DNA of 64,000 bases from Candidatus Kapaibacterium sp. (GCA_963665665.1 OY762428.1:4160001-4224000), one strand, 5' to 3'. Shown: positions 10,380 through 20,409, numbered from the stretch's first letter. Numbers and translations: made by a program. Notes: generated by a model not told the origin, from the sequence alone.

Positions 10380-11540
10380 ATGAGATTATTCAGGTTTTTT
10401 ATCATTTCAGTTATTATAATATTTGCTGGATTTACTAAAGGTAGCGGGCAGATTGCCATTATGAAGCATGATGCTGACAGCCTGGTAAAACTTGGGTCTT
10501 TTTACATATATAATGTAGAATTCGACAAAGCAAACGATTGTTTTGCCGAAGTAATTAAACGCTATCCTGACCATCCGGCGGGCTATTTCCTTGATGCCAT
10601 GGTTGAATGGTGGAGGATTTGGCTTTATCGTCACAACGAAACATGGGATGATATATTCCTGGAAAAAATTGATAGGGTTGTGGAACTTTGTGACAGCTAC
10701 CTGGATGAAAATCCTTCCGACATAACAGCTTTGTTCTTCAAGGGCGGTGCGATTGGTTTCAGGGGAAGATTTTACACTGTCAGGAAATCATGGCTAAATG
10801 CTGCTAATGACGGGAAAAATGCATTCGACATACTTCATGAATGCAAAAGGCTTGCACCCGGAAATCACGATATTATGCTGGGAACCGGTATTTATAATTA
10901 TTTTGCCAAGAAATTTCCTGAAATACACCCTGTATTGGAACCCATTATGGCCTTTCTGCCAAGGGGGGACATAAGGCTTGGCCTGCTTCAGCTGAAAGCC
11001 GCTGCCGAACTTGCAAGATATGCTGATATCGAAGCTCAGGTTATTCGTCTGCAAATATATTATCAGTTCGAAAAAGATTATAAGAAAACTTACAATATTG
11101 CGCTTAACCTGCACAATAGATTTCCTAACAATCCATATTTTCAGAGGTATGTTGGTAAAACATTGATAATTCATAATAAGCTGGATTCAGCCGAAATTAT
11201 TTGGAAAGAATTGCTCAGGCGTTATCTGGATAAAATGCCGGGATATGATATATATGCAGCTCGTGAGGGCTTGTATTATGTCGGGCACTGCCTTATGGCA
11301 AAAGGTAAGGAACAAGCAGCGCTGATCTATCTGAATAAATGTGTGGAAGCTTCTGATATTGTTGATGAGGAAGACAGTGGTTTCATGGTGCAGGCACATC
11401 TGAAAATTGCTAAGATTTATGACAAACTTGGTATAAGGGATAAGGCCGTGGATCATTATGAAATTGTTCTTGATATGGAAAATAAACAGGGAAGCCACAG
11501 CAAAGCCCGTAGATATCTTAAGAAACCTTATGGATCCTAA
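10380..11540 (+). CDS. exported TPR-repeat protein
   Basis: Signal peptide and helical TPR-like repeats (YPDHPAGYFL, FPNNPYF). Confidence 0.7.
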   Translation: MRLFRFFIISVIIIFAGFTKGSGQIAIMKHDADSLVKLGSFYIYNVEFDKANDCFAEVIKRYPDHPAGYFLDAMVEWWRIWLYRHNETWDDIFLEKIDRVVELCDSYLDENPSDITALFFKGGAIGFRGRFYTVRKSWLNAANDGKNAFDILHECKRLAPGNHDIMLGTGIYNYFAKKFPEIHPVLEPIMAFLPRGDIRLGLLQLKAAAELARYADIEAQVIRLQIYYQFEKDYKKTYNIALNLHNRFPNNPYFQRYVGKTLIIHNKLDSAEIIWKELLRRYLDKMPGYDIYAAREGLYYVGHCLMAKGKEQAALIYLNKCVEASDIVDEEDSGFMVQAHLKIAKIYDKLGIRDKAVDHYEIVLDMENKQGSHSKARRYLKKPYGS

Positions 11541-11558
11541 TTAATAAAAGAATATTTT

Positions 11559-12806
11559 ATGAAACAAATTTTATCAATTCTTGTTTTTTTATTTACTTAC
11601 AATCCGGCATTCCCGCAATTAGATCCTGCTGCCGGCGTTTTTCCCGGAATTGATGTTCTGGAGCAGAATAATTTTAAGGAAATTGAAGGAAAGAAGGTAG
11701 CTCTATTAACAAATCATGCTGGCCGTAGCAGAGATGGCAGGCTTACCCTGAATATCTTAAAAGAATCAGGTAAAGTTAACCTGACAGGCCTTTTTGTTCC
11801 CGAACATGGATTTTTTACAACAATACCTGCGGGAGAAAAAGTAAAAGATGATACTGTTTTTGGTGTCAGAGCATATTCTTTGTACGGAGGGAGTAAATCC
11901 CCGGATGACAATCTGCTGAAAAAATGCGATGTGGTTGTAGTTGATCTTCAGGATATAGGTATTCGTTCCTATACATATATATCCACAATGTACAATACCA
12001 TGAAGGCTTGTGCAAATGCCGGCAAACCGATAATTATTCTGGACAGGCCGAATCCGATTGGCGGCATTGTAGTTGACGGAGGAGTACTTGATGACAATGT
12101 GAGGTCTTTTGTGGGTATGGTTCCTGTTTCATATTTGCATGGCTGTACTTTCGGAGAGCTGGCGATGATGATAAACAATGAAGGCTGGCTTGGAACAAAA
12201 AAAGATTCCGGAAAGCTAAAGTGCGAACTGACTGTTATTAAAATGAAAGGCTGGGAAAGATGGATGGCCTGGGAAGATACAGGATTATTCTGGTATCCCA
12301 CTTCGCCTCACATCCCGTCAGTTAATGCAGTCAGGGGAGCTGCTGTTTTGGGTATTATCGGCGAATTAGGGATGATCAGCATCGGTATTGGTACAACATC
12401 ACCGTTCCAGTATCTTGGAAGTCCTGATTTCGACTACAAAAAATTTGAAGAAGTAATAGAGCATATTTCCTATAACGGATTAGTTCTTGACAAAGCCCGC
12501 TATCAGCCATTCTATGGTATGTACAGAAATAAAACATGCAACGGATACTATCTGACGTTCAGCAAGGACAATCTGGCAAGGTTTTATAGCAATGGCATAA
12601 ACGTGCTATATTCTTTGAATAGTTCTAATCCGGATCTACTTTCATCCTTGTCTTCACGCTCAAAAGATATGTTCAGAAAGGTCAGCGGTAAAGAAAACCT
12701 TCTTAATGCAATTATTTCTGGTTTAAGTTTGCCGGCAGTTATTCAAATTGCCAATGAAGGATTAGAAGATTTTTTACAAATCCGAAATAATTATTTAATT
12801 TATTGA
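11559..12806 (+). CDS. DUF1343 / NamZ family exo-beta-N-acetylmuramidase
   Basis: GIDVL, LF.PEHG, DLQDIGIRSYTYISTM, LDRPNPIGG, PTSPHIP signature motifs. Confidence 0.92.
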   Translation: MKQILSILVFLFTYNPAFPQLDPAAGVFPGIDVLEQNNFKEIEGKKVALLTNHAGRSRDGRLTLNILKESGKVNLTGLFVPEHGFFTTIPAGEKVKDDTVFGVRAYSLYGGSKSPDDNLLKKCDVVVVDLQDIGIRSYTYISTMYNTMKACANAGKPIIILDRPNPIGGIVVDGGVLDDNVRSFVGMVPVSYLHGCTFGELAMMINNEGWLGTKKDSGKLKCELTVIKMKGWERWMAWEDTGLFWYPTSPHIPSVNAVRGAAVLGIIGELGMISIGIGTTSPFQYLGSPDFDYKKFEEVIEHISYNGLVLDKARYQPFYGMYRNKTCNGYYLTFSKDNLARFYSNGINVLYSLNSSNPDLLSSLSSRSKDMFRKVSGKENLLNAIISGLSLPAVIQIANEGLEDFLQIRNNYLIY

Positions 12807-12873
12807 CAGATAGCTAATATCAGAAGCATTCGAAAATAAATTTTTCCTAAATTATTTGGGAGATTCCGGGAAA

Positions 12874-12881
12874 TATATTTG
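12874..12881 (+). promoter_or_regulatory. TAnnTTTG -7 element for the chemoreceptor-like/ODP operon
   Basis: TATATTTG ~55 bp before ATG 12937; supports that start over the TTG at 12856. Confidence 0.45.
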
Positions 12882-12936
12882 CATTTTTTACGATTATATA
12901 CGTATATTATATGAAAAACAACCGGGGACACAATTA

Positions 12937-13716
12937 ATGAATCATCTACTGTTTAAGTACAAAAACGACATAACCAAAGTTTTCGGAATAGGAGTTGATG
13001 TTCTCAATTCTACCAGACAGCTCAAAAGCATTTCCTTGGACCTTAAGCTACTTGCAATTAACGGTATAGTACAGGCAGCTAAAATCGGGAATAATCAGGG
13101 TCAGTCCCTGATAACTCTGTCAGCTTTTCTTTCTGATCTGCCTACGAAAATTGCTCCCGAGCTTGATGAGCTTGAAAAACTTGTCGGGCATTTATCCAGA
13201 CAGATCACTATCTGTTCGATAGCTGTCAGGCGCTTTATGATGTACAATATGGCATTGGCGAAAACAATTGACAGGGTTTCCCTGGAAACTGGTGCCAAAA
13301 CAAATTCCACAGACTTTAAACTCATGAACGTTTACGAACTTTCAAGAATATCCTCTCATGAATCATTTAGCGATGCAAAACCGATAAGTAAATCAAACCT
13401 GCATGAAATATCATTAAAGAATGAAGAAATTATGGAAACACTAATTGAACTTCTCAGGGATATTCATACAACAATTTCCAGGGCCAGGAACAGAATCGAG
13501 GAAGTTCGAAGGGATGGTTCAACTGCAAATTATATGGGTTCTTCAATATCTATTGAATCTGCATATCTGACAGATAATTCAGGTAGTTTCGACGGGCTTG
13601 TGTCGAATATAAAAAATATGGTTGAATCCCTTGAAGGTAATCTGAATACTATTCTTGATAAGATCAATTACGGCGATAAACTTCTTAACAGCCTGATGAG
13701 CATGAAAAACAATTAG
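12937..13716 (+). CDS. soluble chemoreceptor (MCP) signalling-domain-like protein with two hairpin-tip-like motifs
   Basis: LKLLAINGIVQAAKIG..QGQSL and YMGSSISIESAYL...SGSFDGLV both resemble the MCP tip consensus NLLALNAAIEAARAGE.GRGF.VV; no TM segments; coiled-coil composition. Confidence 0.6.
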   Translation: MNHLLFKYKNDITKVFGIGVDVLNSTRQLKSISLDLKLLAINGIVQAAKIGNNQGQSLITLSAFLSDLPTKIAPELDELEKLVGHLSRQITICSIAVRRFMMYNMALAKTIDRVSLETGAKTNSTDFKLMNVYELSRISSHESFSDAKPISKSNLHEISLKNEEIMETLIELLRDIHTTISRARNRIEEVRRDGSTANYMGSSISIESAYLTDNSGSFDGLVSNIKNMVESLEGNLNTILDKINYGDKLLNSLMSMKNN

Positions 13717-13736
13717 TAACCATACAGGATTTTTAC

Positions 13737-14537
13737 ATGAAAAGTGAAGTGATTTTTGATAACGGCGATCATAAATGGATTGTTCTGGGCCGCGATCCCG
13801 AGAAATCGAAAGAAGTAATAGACACCAATGAATACCTTATAATTAACAAGGATAATGCTATGCTTCTTGATCCGGGGGGAATTGAGATTTTTCCTCAGGT
13901 TTTAACTGAACTTACAAAATACGTTCCAACTGATAATATCAAAGTGATATTTGCCAGCCATCAGGATCCGGATATTTCTTCTTCACTGTCCATGTGGCTG
14001 GATCTGTGCCCTAATGTAAAGGTTTATTGCTCCTGGGTATGGACCGGATTTATTGCTCATTTTGGTATGGGTACCAGGCTGATCCTAAATCCTATTCCTG
14101 ATGAAGGTATGGAACTCAATATTGGTGGCAGTTCCAATTCTGTTTATTTTGTACCGGCACACTATTGCCATTCTTCCGGCAATTTCTCGGTTTATGACCC
14201 CAAGGCTGATATTTTGTTTTCCGGAGATATTGGTGCTGCACTTTTTCCTGAAGGCCATTCAGCTCCGTTGTTCGTTGATAATTTTGATGAGCATATAAAT
14301 TATATGAAGAATTTCCATCTTCGTTGGATGCCTTCCACCGGAGCGCTGAAAGATTGGGTTAAAAGGGTAAGGCTAATTAATCCTTCGATGATATGCCCCC
14401 AGCACGGCTCCATTTTCAAAGGAGAAGATGTTAATAAATTCCTGAATTGGCTTGAGCAGTTAAATGTTGCCCAGTGGGATGACGGAAGAGAAAGGACTGA
14501 TATAAATTCAACAGTCTGGATGAAATGGAAGAAATAG
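13737..14537 (+). CDS. metallo-beta-lactamase-fold di-iron protein, ODP (oxygen-binding di-iron protein) type
   Basis: LLDPGG, SHQDPD (ODP-type rather than HxHxDH), AHYCHSSGN, FSGDIG, CPQHG; no flavodoxin domain. Confidence 0.85.
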   Translation: MKSEVIFDNGDHKWIVLGRDPEKSKEVIDTNEYLIINKDNAMLLDPGGIEIFPQVLTELTKYVPTDNIKVIFASHQDPDISSSLSMWLDLCPNVKVYCSWVWTGFIAHFGMGTRLILNPIPDEGMELNIGGSSNSVYFVPAHYCHSSGNFSVYDPKADILFSGDIGAALFPEGHSAPLFVDNFDEHINYMKNFHLRWMPSTGALKDWVKRVRLINPSMICPQHGSIFKGEDVNKFLNWLEQLNVAQWDDGRERTDINSTVWMKWKK

Positions 14538-14547
14538 ATTTATGAAG

Positions 14548-14585
14548 AAAAAAAGGCTGCATTTTGAATAAATGCAGCCTTTTTT
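14548..14585. terminator. bidirectional intrinsic terminator
   Basis: AAAAAAAGGCTGCATT...AATGCAGCCTTTTTT between convergent genes. Confidence 0.8.
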
Positions 14586-14628
14586 AATTATCCATTTAAA
14601 ATTGTTCATTCAGTTAGAATAAATTAGC

Positions 14629-15123
14629 TTAAAACGCAGGTAATAATTCCTCGACAATAATTCCCACAGCTTCGTACAGGTCTTCTTCTTTTTTAAAAAT
14701 ATCTCTTGCCTGATATTGTGGGTGTGGTAATTTTAGTTTTACATCGTAAACATAAGCATTAAGTAAAAAACGGTTAGCCTGAATATTGAAATTCCCGGTA
14801 ACAACTTTTTTCACATTTAATTTTTTCGCAACTTTCCACATATCTGTCTGATACTGAGGGTTATTCGGGTCAAGATTCAGATCTGCCAGCATTATTTCTA
14901 CTGAATCAGCAGGAACAATATAATAAATGGTTCCGTTTTGCTCCAGATTTCCCATGGATTTAGTAAGGGAATCCTGAAGATTATAACTCCAGATGTTATA
15001 TTTCAGATCCCCGTCCATATTCTGAAACGGAAATATTGCAATTCTTACCTGAGAATAGGCTGTTATAATCGAGAATAGGAACAAGAGAATAGCCGAAAGA
15101 AACATTTTATATTTTTTCATCAC
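14629..15123 (-). CDS. exported protein, TolB-N/CsgG-like alpha/beta domain
   Basis: Signal peptide; RIAIFPFQN, AKKLNVKKVVTGNF...LNAYVYDV pattern typical of TolB-N/CsgG-like folds. Confidence 0.6.
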   Translation of the reverse strand: MMKKYKMFLSAILLFLFSIITAYSQVRIAIFPFQNMDGDLKYNIWSYNLQDSLTKSMGNLEQNGTIYYIVPADSVEIMLADLNLDPNNPQYQTDMWKVAKKLNVKKVVTGNFNIQANRFLLNAYVYDVKLKLPHPQYQARDIFKKEEDLYEAVGIIVEELLPAF

Positions 15124-15207
15124 AAATACCTAAAAAATTAAACAAGCTCCGGTATCAATATATCAAACGCCGGAGCCAATGTCAATTAAATTTTTATTAA
15201 ATGCTGT

Positions 15208-15513
15208 TTAATCTTCAATATTTTTTATAAATTCTTTCATTTCTTTAAAAGAATTGACCAATTTTTCTTCCATTTCCCGGGCTTTATCCCAGTTTTTTTC
15301 TTTAGCGTAGCCCATAAGCTCAATACCCATATTGGCAACTTCGTCAAGTCCGAATTGAAAACAGGAACCTTTAAGTGTATGAGCCATTCTGTATAGGTCA
15401 TCACCATTTTTTGTATCGATTAGTACGCTGAATTGTTCGTTAATGTCATTTATCCAGGAATCAACAAATTCCGGCAGCAGTTCTCTTACAAACGGATCTT
15501 CGGGAATTTTCAC
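15208..15513 (-). CDS. stand-alone Hpt (histidine phosphotransfer) domain protein
   Basis: AHTLKGS..QFG Hpt signature in a 101-aa helical protein. Confidence 0.9.
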   Translation of the reverse strand: MKIPEDPFVRELLPEFVDSWINDINEQFSVLIDTKNGDDLYRMAHTLKGSCFQFGLDEVANMGIELMGYAKEKNWDKAREMEEKLVNSFKEMKEFIKNIED

Positions 15514-15582
15514 TACATACCTCGTAAATTGATAATATTTACTTTCTATTAAGATAACTAAGAATTTCGAAATAAAAAAGTA

Positions 15583-15983
15583 CTTGCAGAGAAAACTATA
15601 AGCCGAATTCTGTCTAAGAGTAAATTAATACTCCGAGGCAACCATTTATCTTAGAATAACGTTGCCGCTATCCTTATGCAGCCTACCCCGGTAACTGTTA
15701 TAAAAACAGGGACGAACAGCCCCTTGCCTGAGGGCCGATACCTGTACTTGGCCTTGCTCCACGCGGGGTTTACCCTGCCGGCACGGTCACCCGTGCCGCG
15801 GTAGGCTCTTACCCTGCCATTTCACCCTTACCCAAAAAGGGCGGTATATTTTCTGTGGCACTATCCGTCAGCTCGTCAACAGACTTGCTGCCTTCGCGTT
15901 ACGAAGCGCGTTGTTCTACGGAGTTCGGACTTTCCTCATCAATCAGTTAATAAATTGACGCGGTTGCCCGTTTTCCCTGCAAG
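15583..15983 (-). ncRNA. rnpB: RNase P RNA (bacterial type A)
   Basis: Minus strand contains GAGGAAAGTCCG, AGTGCCACAGAAAA, GGTAAACCCCG, and 3' ACAGAATTCGGCTTAT; P1 formed by 5' CTTGCAGGGAAAAC and 3' GTTTTCTCTGCAAG. Confidence 0.97.
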
Positions 15984-16066
15984 AAATTTTCAAATAACAT
16001 AAAAACTGTCCAAAATCTAATATATCAGACTATTTGGACAGTTATAAATTTTAATAATGACAACAA

Positions 16067-16807
16067 TTATTTAAATTGTTCAACAGTACTGTCATCGATA
16101 TAAAATTCTTCAGGATACAAAATCCTTCCGCAGCTTTCGCAATCGTAAACTTCATCAAGGTTATTCCTGATCTCTACAATTTTCTGAGCAGGAAGTGCAT
16201 TGAAGCATCCGGAACATGAGTTTCTTAATACCTGAACCACTGTATCGGGATGGAAATTTCTTATGCGTTCATAGGAGTTATAGTACTTATCTTCAATTTT
16301 AGAGATAACAAGCTTTCTTTTATCATAAAGAATCTTTACCTCGTCGTTTTGTTCTGTGGCTAAAGACTGGAGTTCAAGCCTTACTTTTTCAGCATCATTT
16401 TCAGCTTCTTCAAAATCCTTTTTTTGCTGATCGAGTATTCCAAGAAGGTTTTCTTCTTTAATACCTTCAGTTCTCATCTGATCCGTGAGCCTTGTATGTT
16501 CGCTGCGGATATGAGCAATTTCCTTTGTAATCGCATCAAATTCTTTGTTGTTTCTAACTTTGAACTGCTGTTTGGCAAGCTTTTCTTCTTTGTCTTTCAG
16601 CTCGATCAGTGTGTTCTTGGTAGTGGCAACAAATTTTTTGATGTTTTCCAGGATATTTTCAGTATCCTTAACAATCATTTTGTTCTCGTGAGCCTTTTTT
16701 TCCTTTGTCTTAAGAACCTCGGGCAAATCTCCGAATTCTTCATGAAGTTCGTCGAGTCTGCTGTCGATATATCCCAAAACTGCCAGATAATGGATTTGAG
16801 ATTCCAT
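16067..16807 (-). CDS. coiled-coil protein with C-terminal C4 zinc ribbon (DUF164 / CT398-like)
   Basis: Long coiled coil followed by CSGC...CESCGRIL; immediately downstream of nif3, the usual arrangement. Confidence 0.9.
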   Translation of the reverse strand: MESQIHYLAVLGYIDSRLDELHEEFGDLPEVLKTKEKKAHENKMIVKDTENILENIKKFVATTKNTLIELKDKEEKLAKQQFKVRNNKEFDAITKEIAHIRSEHTRLTDQMRTEGIKEENLLGILDQQKKDFEEAENDAEKVRLELQSLATEQNDEVKILYDKRKLVISKIEDKYYNSYERIRNFHPDTVVQVLRNSCSGCFNALPAQKIVEIRNNLDEVYDCESCGRILYPEEFYIDDSTVEQFK

Positions 16808-17671
16808 TTATTCTACACCATATAATTTATTATTATTACGAAAAATATTCTGAGTTTGTAAATCCAGATAATTATCCGGGTTAGGGAAATACCTTACCGG
16901 ATTAGTAACAATGAAAGAAGAGAAAATATTAATATTTCCTTCTTCGGTCTTGTCTGATATAATTTTTGCAATAGCAGCAGGAACAAATTGCTCCATTTCG
17001 TAATGCCCCGGGTCAATAAGCATCATCCGGCCGTCTGCTGCGTGATATGTATGATAAGAGATGTCGGCAGTAATATATACGTCAAGGTCCTTTTTAAAAG
17101 CATCATTCAAAAATGAGCTTCCGCTGCCGCCTACAATTCCAATCCTTTCAATAGGACTTCCCTGCTTACCCTTGCCGAACCTTGCCGGCGAGCCGCACAC
17201 ACTGCATACTTTTTGCAGTAATTCTCTTTCGCAAATATGGCCTTTTGGCTTGCAGATAACTCCCATACCATAACCATCTTCATTTTTATCCGGTACAAGG
17301 AAATCGGTAACTTCAAGTCCGAGTAGATCGGCAAGTATTTTACTCGTGCCCTCGATAAAAACATCGAATCTGGTGTGCAGAGAGATAAGAGAAATATCGT
17401 TTTTAATCAATTTTGCAGTTACACGGCCAACCCTGTCCTGCATTTCTATAGCTTTCAGCGGCCTGTATATCAGGGGATGAAATACAACAATGCAGTCAGC
17501 ATCGTGAAGAACTGCTTCCTCGGCTACTTTGTCTGTCAGCTCGTAGGCAACCATCAGATTTTTGATCTGATTCTGTTCTGACTGTATTTGAAGCCCGATT
17601 CTGTCGCCTTCAAGTGCAGTACCTGAAGGAAAAAGATTTTCGAGTAAATCAATTAGTTGTTTTAGTTCCAT
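16808..17671 (-). CDS. Nif3-like dinuclear metal centre hexameric protein (YbgI)
   Basis: D.IGLQI, FHPLIY, HT.FD, YITADISYH, IDPGHYEME motifs. Confidence 0.92.
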   Translation of the reverse strand: MELKQLIDLLENLFPSGTALEGDRIGLQIQSEQNQIKNLMVAYELTDKVAEEAVLHDADCIVVFHPLIYRPLKAIEMQDRVGRVTAKLIKNDISLISLHTRFDVFIEGTSKILADLLGLEVTDFLVPDKNEDGYGMGVICKPKGHICERELLQKVCSVCGSPARFGKGKQGSPIERIGIVGGSGSSFLNDAFKKDLDVYITADISYHTYHAADGRMMLIDPGHYEMEQFVPAAIAKIISDKTEEGNINIFSSFIVTNPVRYFPNPDNYLDLQTQNIFRNNNKLYGVE

Positions 17672-17861
17672 TCCCAATATTTCAAATCACGAACATTTTT
17701 TTTTATACTGTCAAATTTTCTAAATTGCCGGAAATATTCAAATGCAAAACATTTGAACTGTAAAATTACGAAAGTTTATTTTATCTTACAATTTTTAAAG
17801 TTTTTAATTCGTTCTTCATAGTAAAAGAATATTTGATTAATTAATCAGAGACAGTTGCGAT

Positions 17862-18581
17862 ATGCCACACAGAACAATATTATTGAGCGCTATATTATTA
17901 TTTATTATTAACTTCACTAACACGAGAGCACAGACAAAAGGATCGGAGCCTGAAGAAAGGATCAGCATCGAGGATTCGGTTTTTATTTTCCATTCTCCCC
18001 GCCCTCTGGTTAATCCGGCAAATAAAGCTGTGAATCTGCTTAATGCCTGGGGAGCAGATGTGTTGTTTTCGAATAATGGTTTTGGTTTAGGTTTCTTTTA
18101 TCAAAGAAAACTTAATAGCAGTATGGCTCTGTCTGCCAATCTGGGGATATCAGGGGCCAGAAATACCGACGAATTTCAAGTTTGGAATCCTTACGAGGGA
18201 GAGTATGTGGTATACGGAAAAGTCCACAGATTGTTTATGTTTCCTTTAACACTAAGTTTGCAGCAGTATTTTCTTCAGGATGTATTGTTCGAAACCTTAA
18301 GGCCGCATATTTCACTTGGAGCCGGCCCCACGTTTATTCTTGCAGCGCCTTACAAACACGATTTTTTCAGTGATTTTGCTCATTCCGATACTTATGTCAG
18401 GCCCGGGGCGTTCCTTGGCTTGGGAGCTGACGTTGGAAAATACGGCAAAACTATCCTGGCCTTGAACATCAGGTATTATTATATTCCTTTTGGTGGTGAT
18501 GGAATAGAATCAGTATTGGATCACCCTATTAAGGATTTTGGGGGGGTGTTCCTTACGTTAACGATTGGTTCCAGGTATTGA
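17862..18581 (+). CDS. outer-membrane beta-barrel protein
   Basis: Signal peptide, amphipathic beta-strand pattern, C-terminal aromatic residue (LTIGSRY). Confidence 0.65.
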   Translation: MPHRTILLSAILLFIINFTNTRAQTKGSEPEERISIEDSVFIFHSPRPLVNPANKAVNLLNAWGADVLFSNNGFGLGFFYQRKLNSSMALSANLGISGARNTDEFQVWNPYEGEYVVYGKVHRLFMFPLTLSLQQYFLQDVLFETLRPHISLGAGPTFILAAPYKHDFFSDFAHSDTYVRPGAFLGLGADVGKYGKTILALNIRYYYIPFGGDGIESVLDHPIKDFGGVFLTLTIGSRY

Positions 18582-18599
18582 TAATAAAATATTGAAAAG

Positions 18600-18630
18600 A
18601 AAGAGCCCCGATATTGGGGCTCTTTTGTTT
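18600..18630. terminator. bidirectional intrinsic terminator
   Basis: AAAGAGCCCC-GATATT-GGGGCTCTTT perfect stem between convergent genes. Confidence 0.8.
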
Positions 18631-20409
18631 TTAACTGTTCTTTTTGATGTAATTTACCAGCCCCCTGGCCTCGAATATTTCCATTAATTGATCCGGAAGG
18701 GGGGCAAACCTGAGCTTTTTGTCCGCAATTTTTATATATCCTTCAATAAAGTTGATCATTACTTCATCGCCGGGATTATATATCTCTACTGCTTCGGGAA
18801 GAATGATTATGGGCAGACCCTGGTTCACCGAGGAGCGATAGAATATCCTGTTTACAGATTTTACTATTACAGCCTTTACGCCAACATGAGCAAGTCCTAC
18901 TGCCGGGTGTTCGCGCGAAGAACCGCATCCGAAATTATCCCCTGCAATTATGATGTCGTCCTTACGAACCTTCGCATGGAAATTCGGATCAAATCCCTCG
19001 AAAAGATGGGGCATAATAGCTTCGCCGTCCGAACTGAGAATATTATAAGTCAGATTACCGGCAAACATTTGGTCTGTATTCAGATTATCGGCATCCTTGT
19101 AATTCCAGACATTTTCGAATTTTCTGTTTTCATCATCATTTATACTAAGTGTGTTGCTGCTTTCTTTCCTGAAGGGATAAACTTCTTTGCCAGGTGTTTC
19201 CCTGGGATCGGTAATAACTCCTGTAATTGCAGTATGTGCAACCACTGCCGGTGAAGCAAGATAAATTTCGGCTTCTTTATTTCCCATACGCCCGAGGAAA
19301 TTTCTGTTTGCAGTGGAAATAACAGAGAAACCATCTGCAGGAATTCCCTGGCCGGTGCCGAGGCATGGCCCACAGGAAGAACTTAATACATTGGCACCGG
19401 CTTTTATCAGTTTGGTAATTACTCCTTCTTCTAAAGCCTGCAGGTATATTTCTTTCGAAGCGGGTACAACGAGCAATTGAAATCCCGGAGCAACCTGCTT
19501 TCCATCAAGTATTTCTGCCGCAATTCTCATATCTTCCAGGCGGCCGTTGGTACATGTGCCAATCAAACCCTGGTCAATTTTTTTACCGGCAACTTCTGCA
19601 ATTGCCATGACGTTATCAACATGGTGAGGCGCGGCAGTAAGCGGATATATTTCAGAAAGGTTTATATTGTATTCTTCAGCATAACGGGCATCCATATCAG
19701 CCCATACTCCGTCATATTTTTCGCCGAGATGTTCTTCCAAAACTTCGTCTGCCGGGAAAACAGCATTCTTGGCACCCATTTCCGATGCCAGGTTGGCAAT
19801 CGTCATTCTGTCTGATATCGACAAAGTTTTTACGCCCTCGCCATGATATTCAATCGACATATAATTGGCACCTGATGAAGAAATCATACCGATAATCCAG
19901 AGGGAAATATCTTTGGCATAAACGCCCGGCTTTAATTTCCCTTCGAGGGTTATTTTAATTGATTCCGGAACGCGGAACCATGTTTCTCCTCTTTTCCAAA
20001 GCCCGGCGGCTTCAGTTCTGTCAATTCCGGCTGCCAATGCATTGAAAGCTCCGGCAGTACATGTATGGCTGTCGCTGCCAACAACTATCATTCCGGGCCT
20101 TGCGTGATTTGCCATAAGCTGGTGGCAAATACCGCTTCCGGCATCATAGAATTTTTTGATTCCCTGCGAATTTACAATTTTCCTGATACTATTATACTGT
20201 GTAGCCAGCTTTGCATTCGTAGGAGGTGCGTTGTGATCCAACGCCACAAATAATTGATCCGGATCCTGTACTTGTTCTCCGTTCATTTTTTTGAAAGTCT
20301 GTGCAATACTTGCTGTATTATCATGAGTAAGAACCAGGTCTGGTTTTTTAAATACTATACTTCCTGATTCCGCGTCAAGTATTTTTTCAACAAATGTTTT
20401 TCCTGCCAT
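18631..20409 (-). CDS. aconitase-family dehydratase with fused large and small subunits (homoaconitase / isopropylmalate isomerase-like)
   Basis: GSDSHTCT, Fe-S cysteines GTCTNGR and CGPCLG, STANRNFLGRMG, then swivel domain NTDQ...NFGCGSSREH in the same ORF. Confidence 0.9.
   Translation of the reverse strand: MAGKTFVEKILDAESGSIVFKKPDLVLTHDNTASIAQTFKKMNGEQVQDPDQLFVALDHNAPPTNAKLATQYNSIRKIVNSQGIKKFYDAGSGICHQLMANHARPGMIVVGSDSHTCTAGAFNALAAGIDRTEAAGLWKRGETWFRVPESIKITLEGKLKPGVYAKDISLWIIGMISSSGANYMSIEYHGEGVKTLSISDRMTIANLASEMGAKNAVFPADEVLEEHLGEKYDGVWADMDARYAEEYNINLSEIYPLTAAPHHVDNVMAIAEVAGKKIDQGLIGTCTNGRLEDMRIAAEILDGKQVAPGFQLLVVPASKEIYLQALEEGVITKLIKAGANVLSSSCGPCLGTGQGIPADGFSVISTANRNFLGRMGNKEAEIYLASPAVVAHTAITGVITDPRETPGKEVYPFRKESSNTLSINDDENRKFENVWNYKDADNLNTDQMFAGNLTYNILSSDGEAIMPHLFEGFDPNFHAKVRKDDIIIAGDNFGCGSSREHPAVGLAHVGVKAVIVKSVNRIFYRSSVNQGLPIIILPEAVEIYNPGDEVMINFIEGYIKIADKKLRFAPLPDQLMEIFEARGLVNYIKKNS

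Noticed and set aside
15583-17671. nif3 - zinc ribbon - rnpB cluster as a novel association
   Set aside because: This gene order is already familiar from several bacterial phyla.
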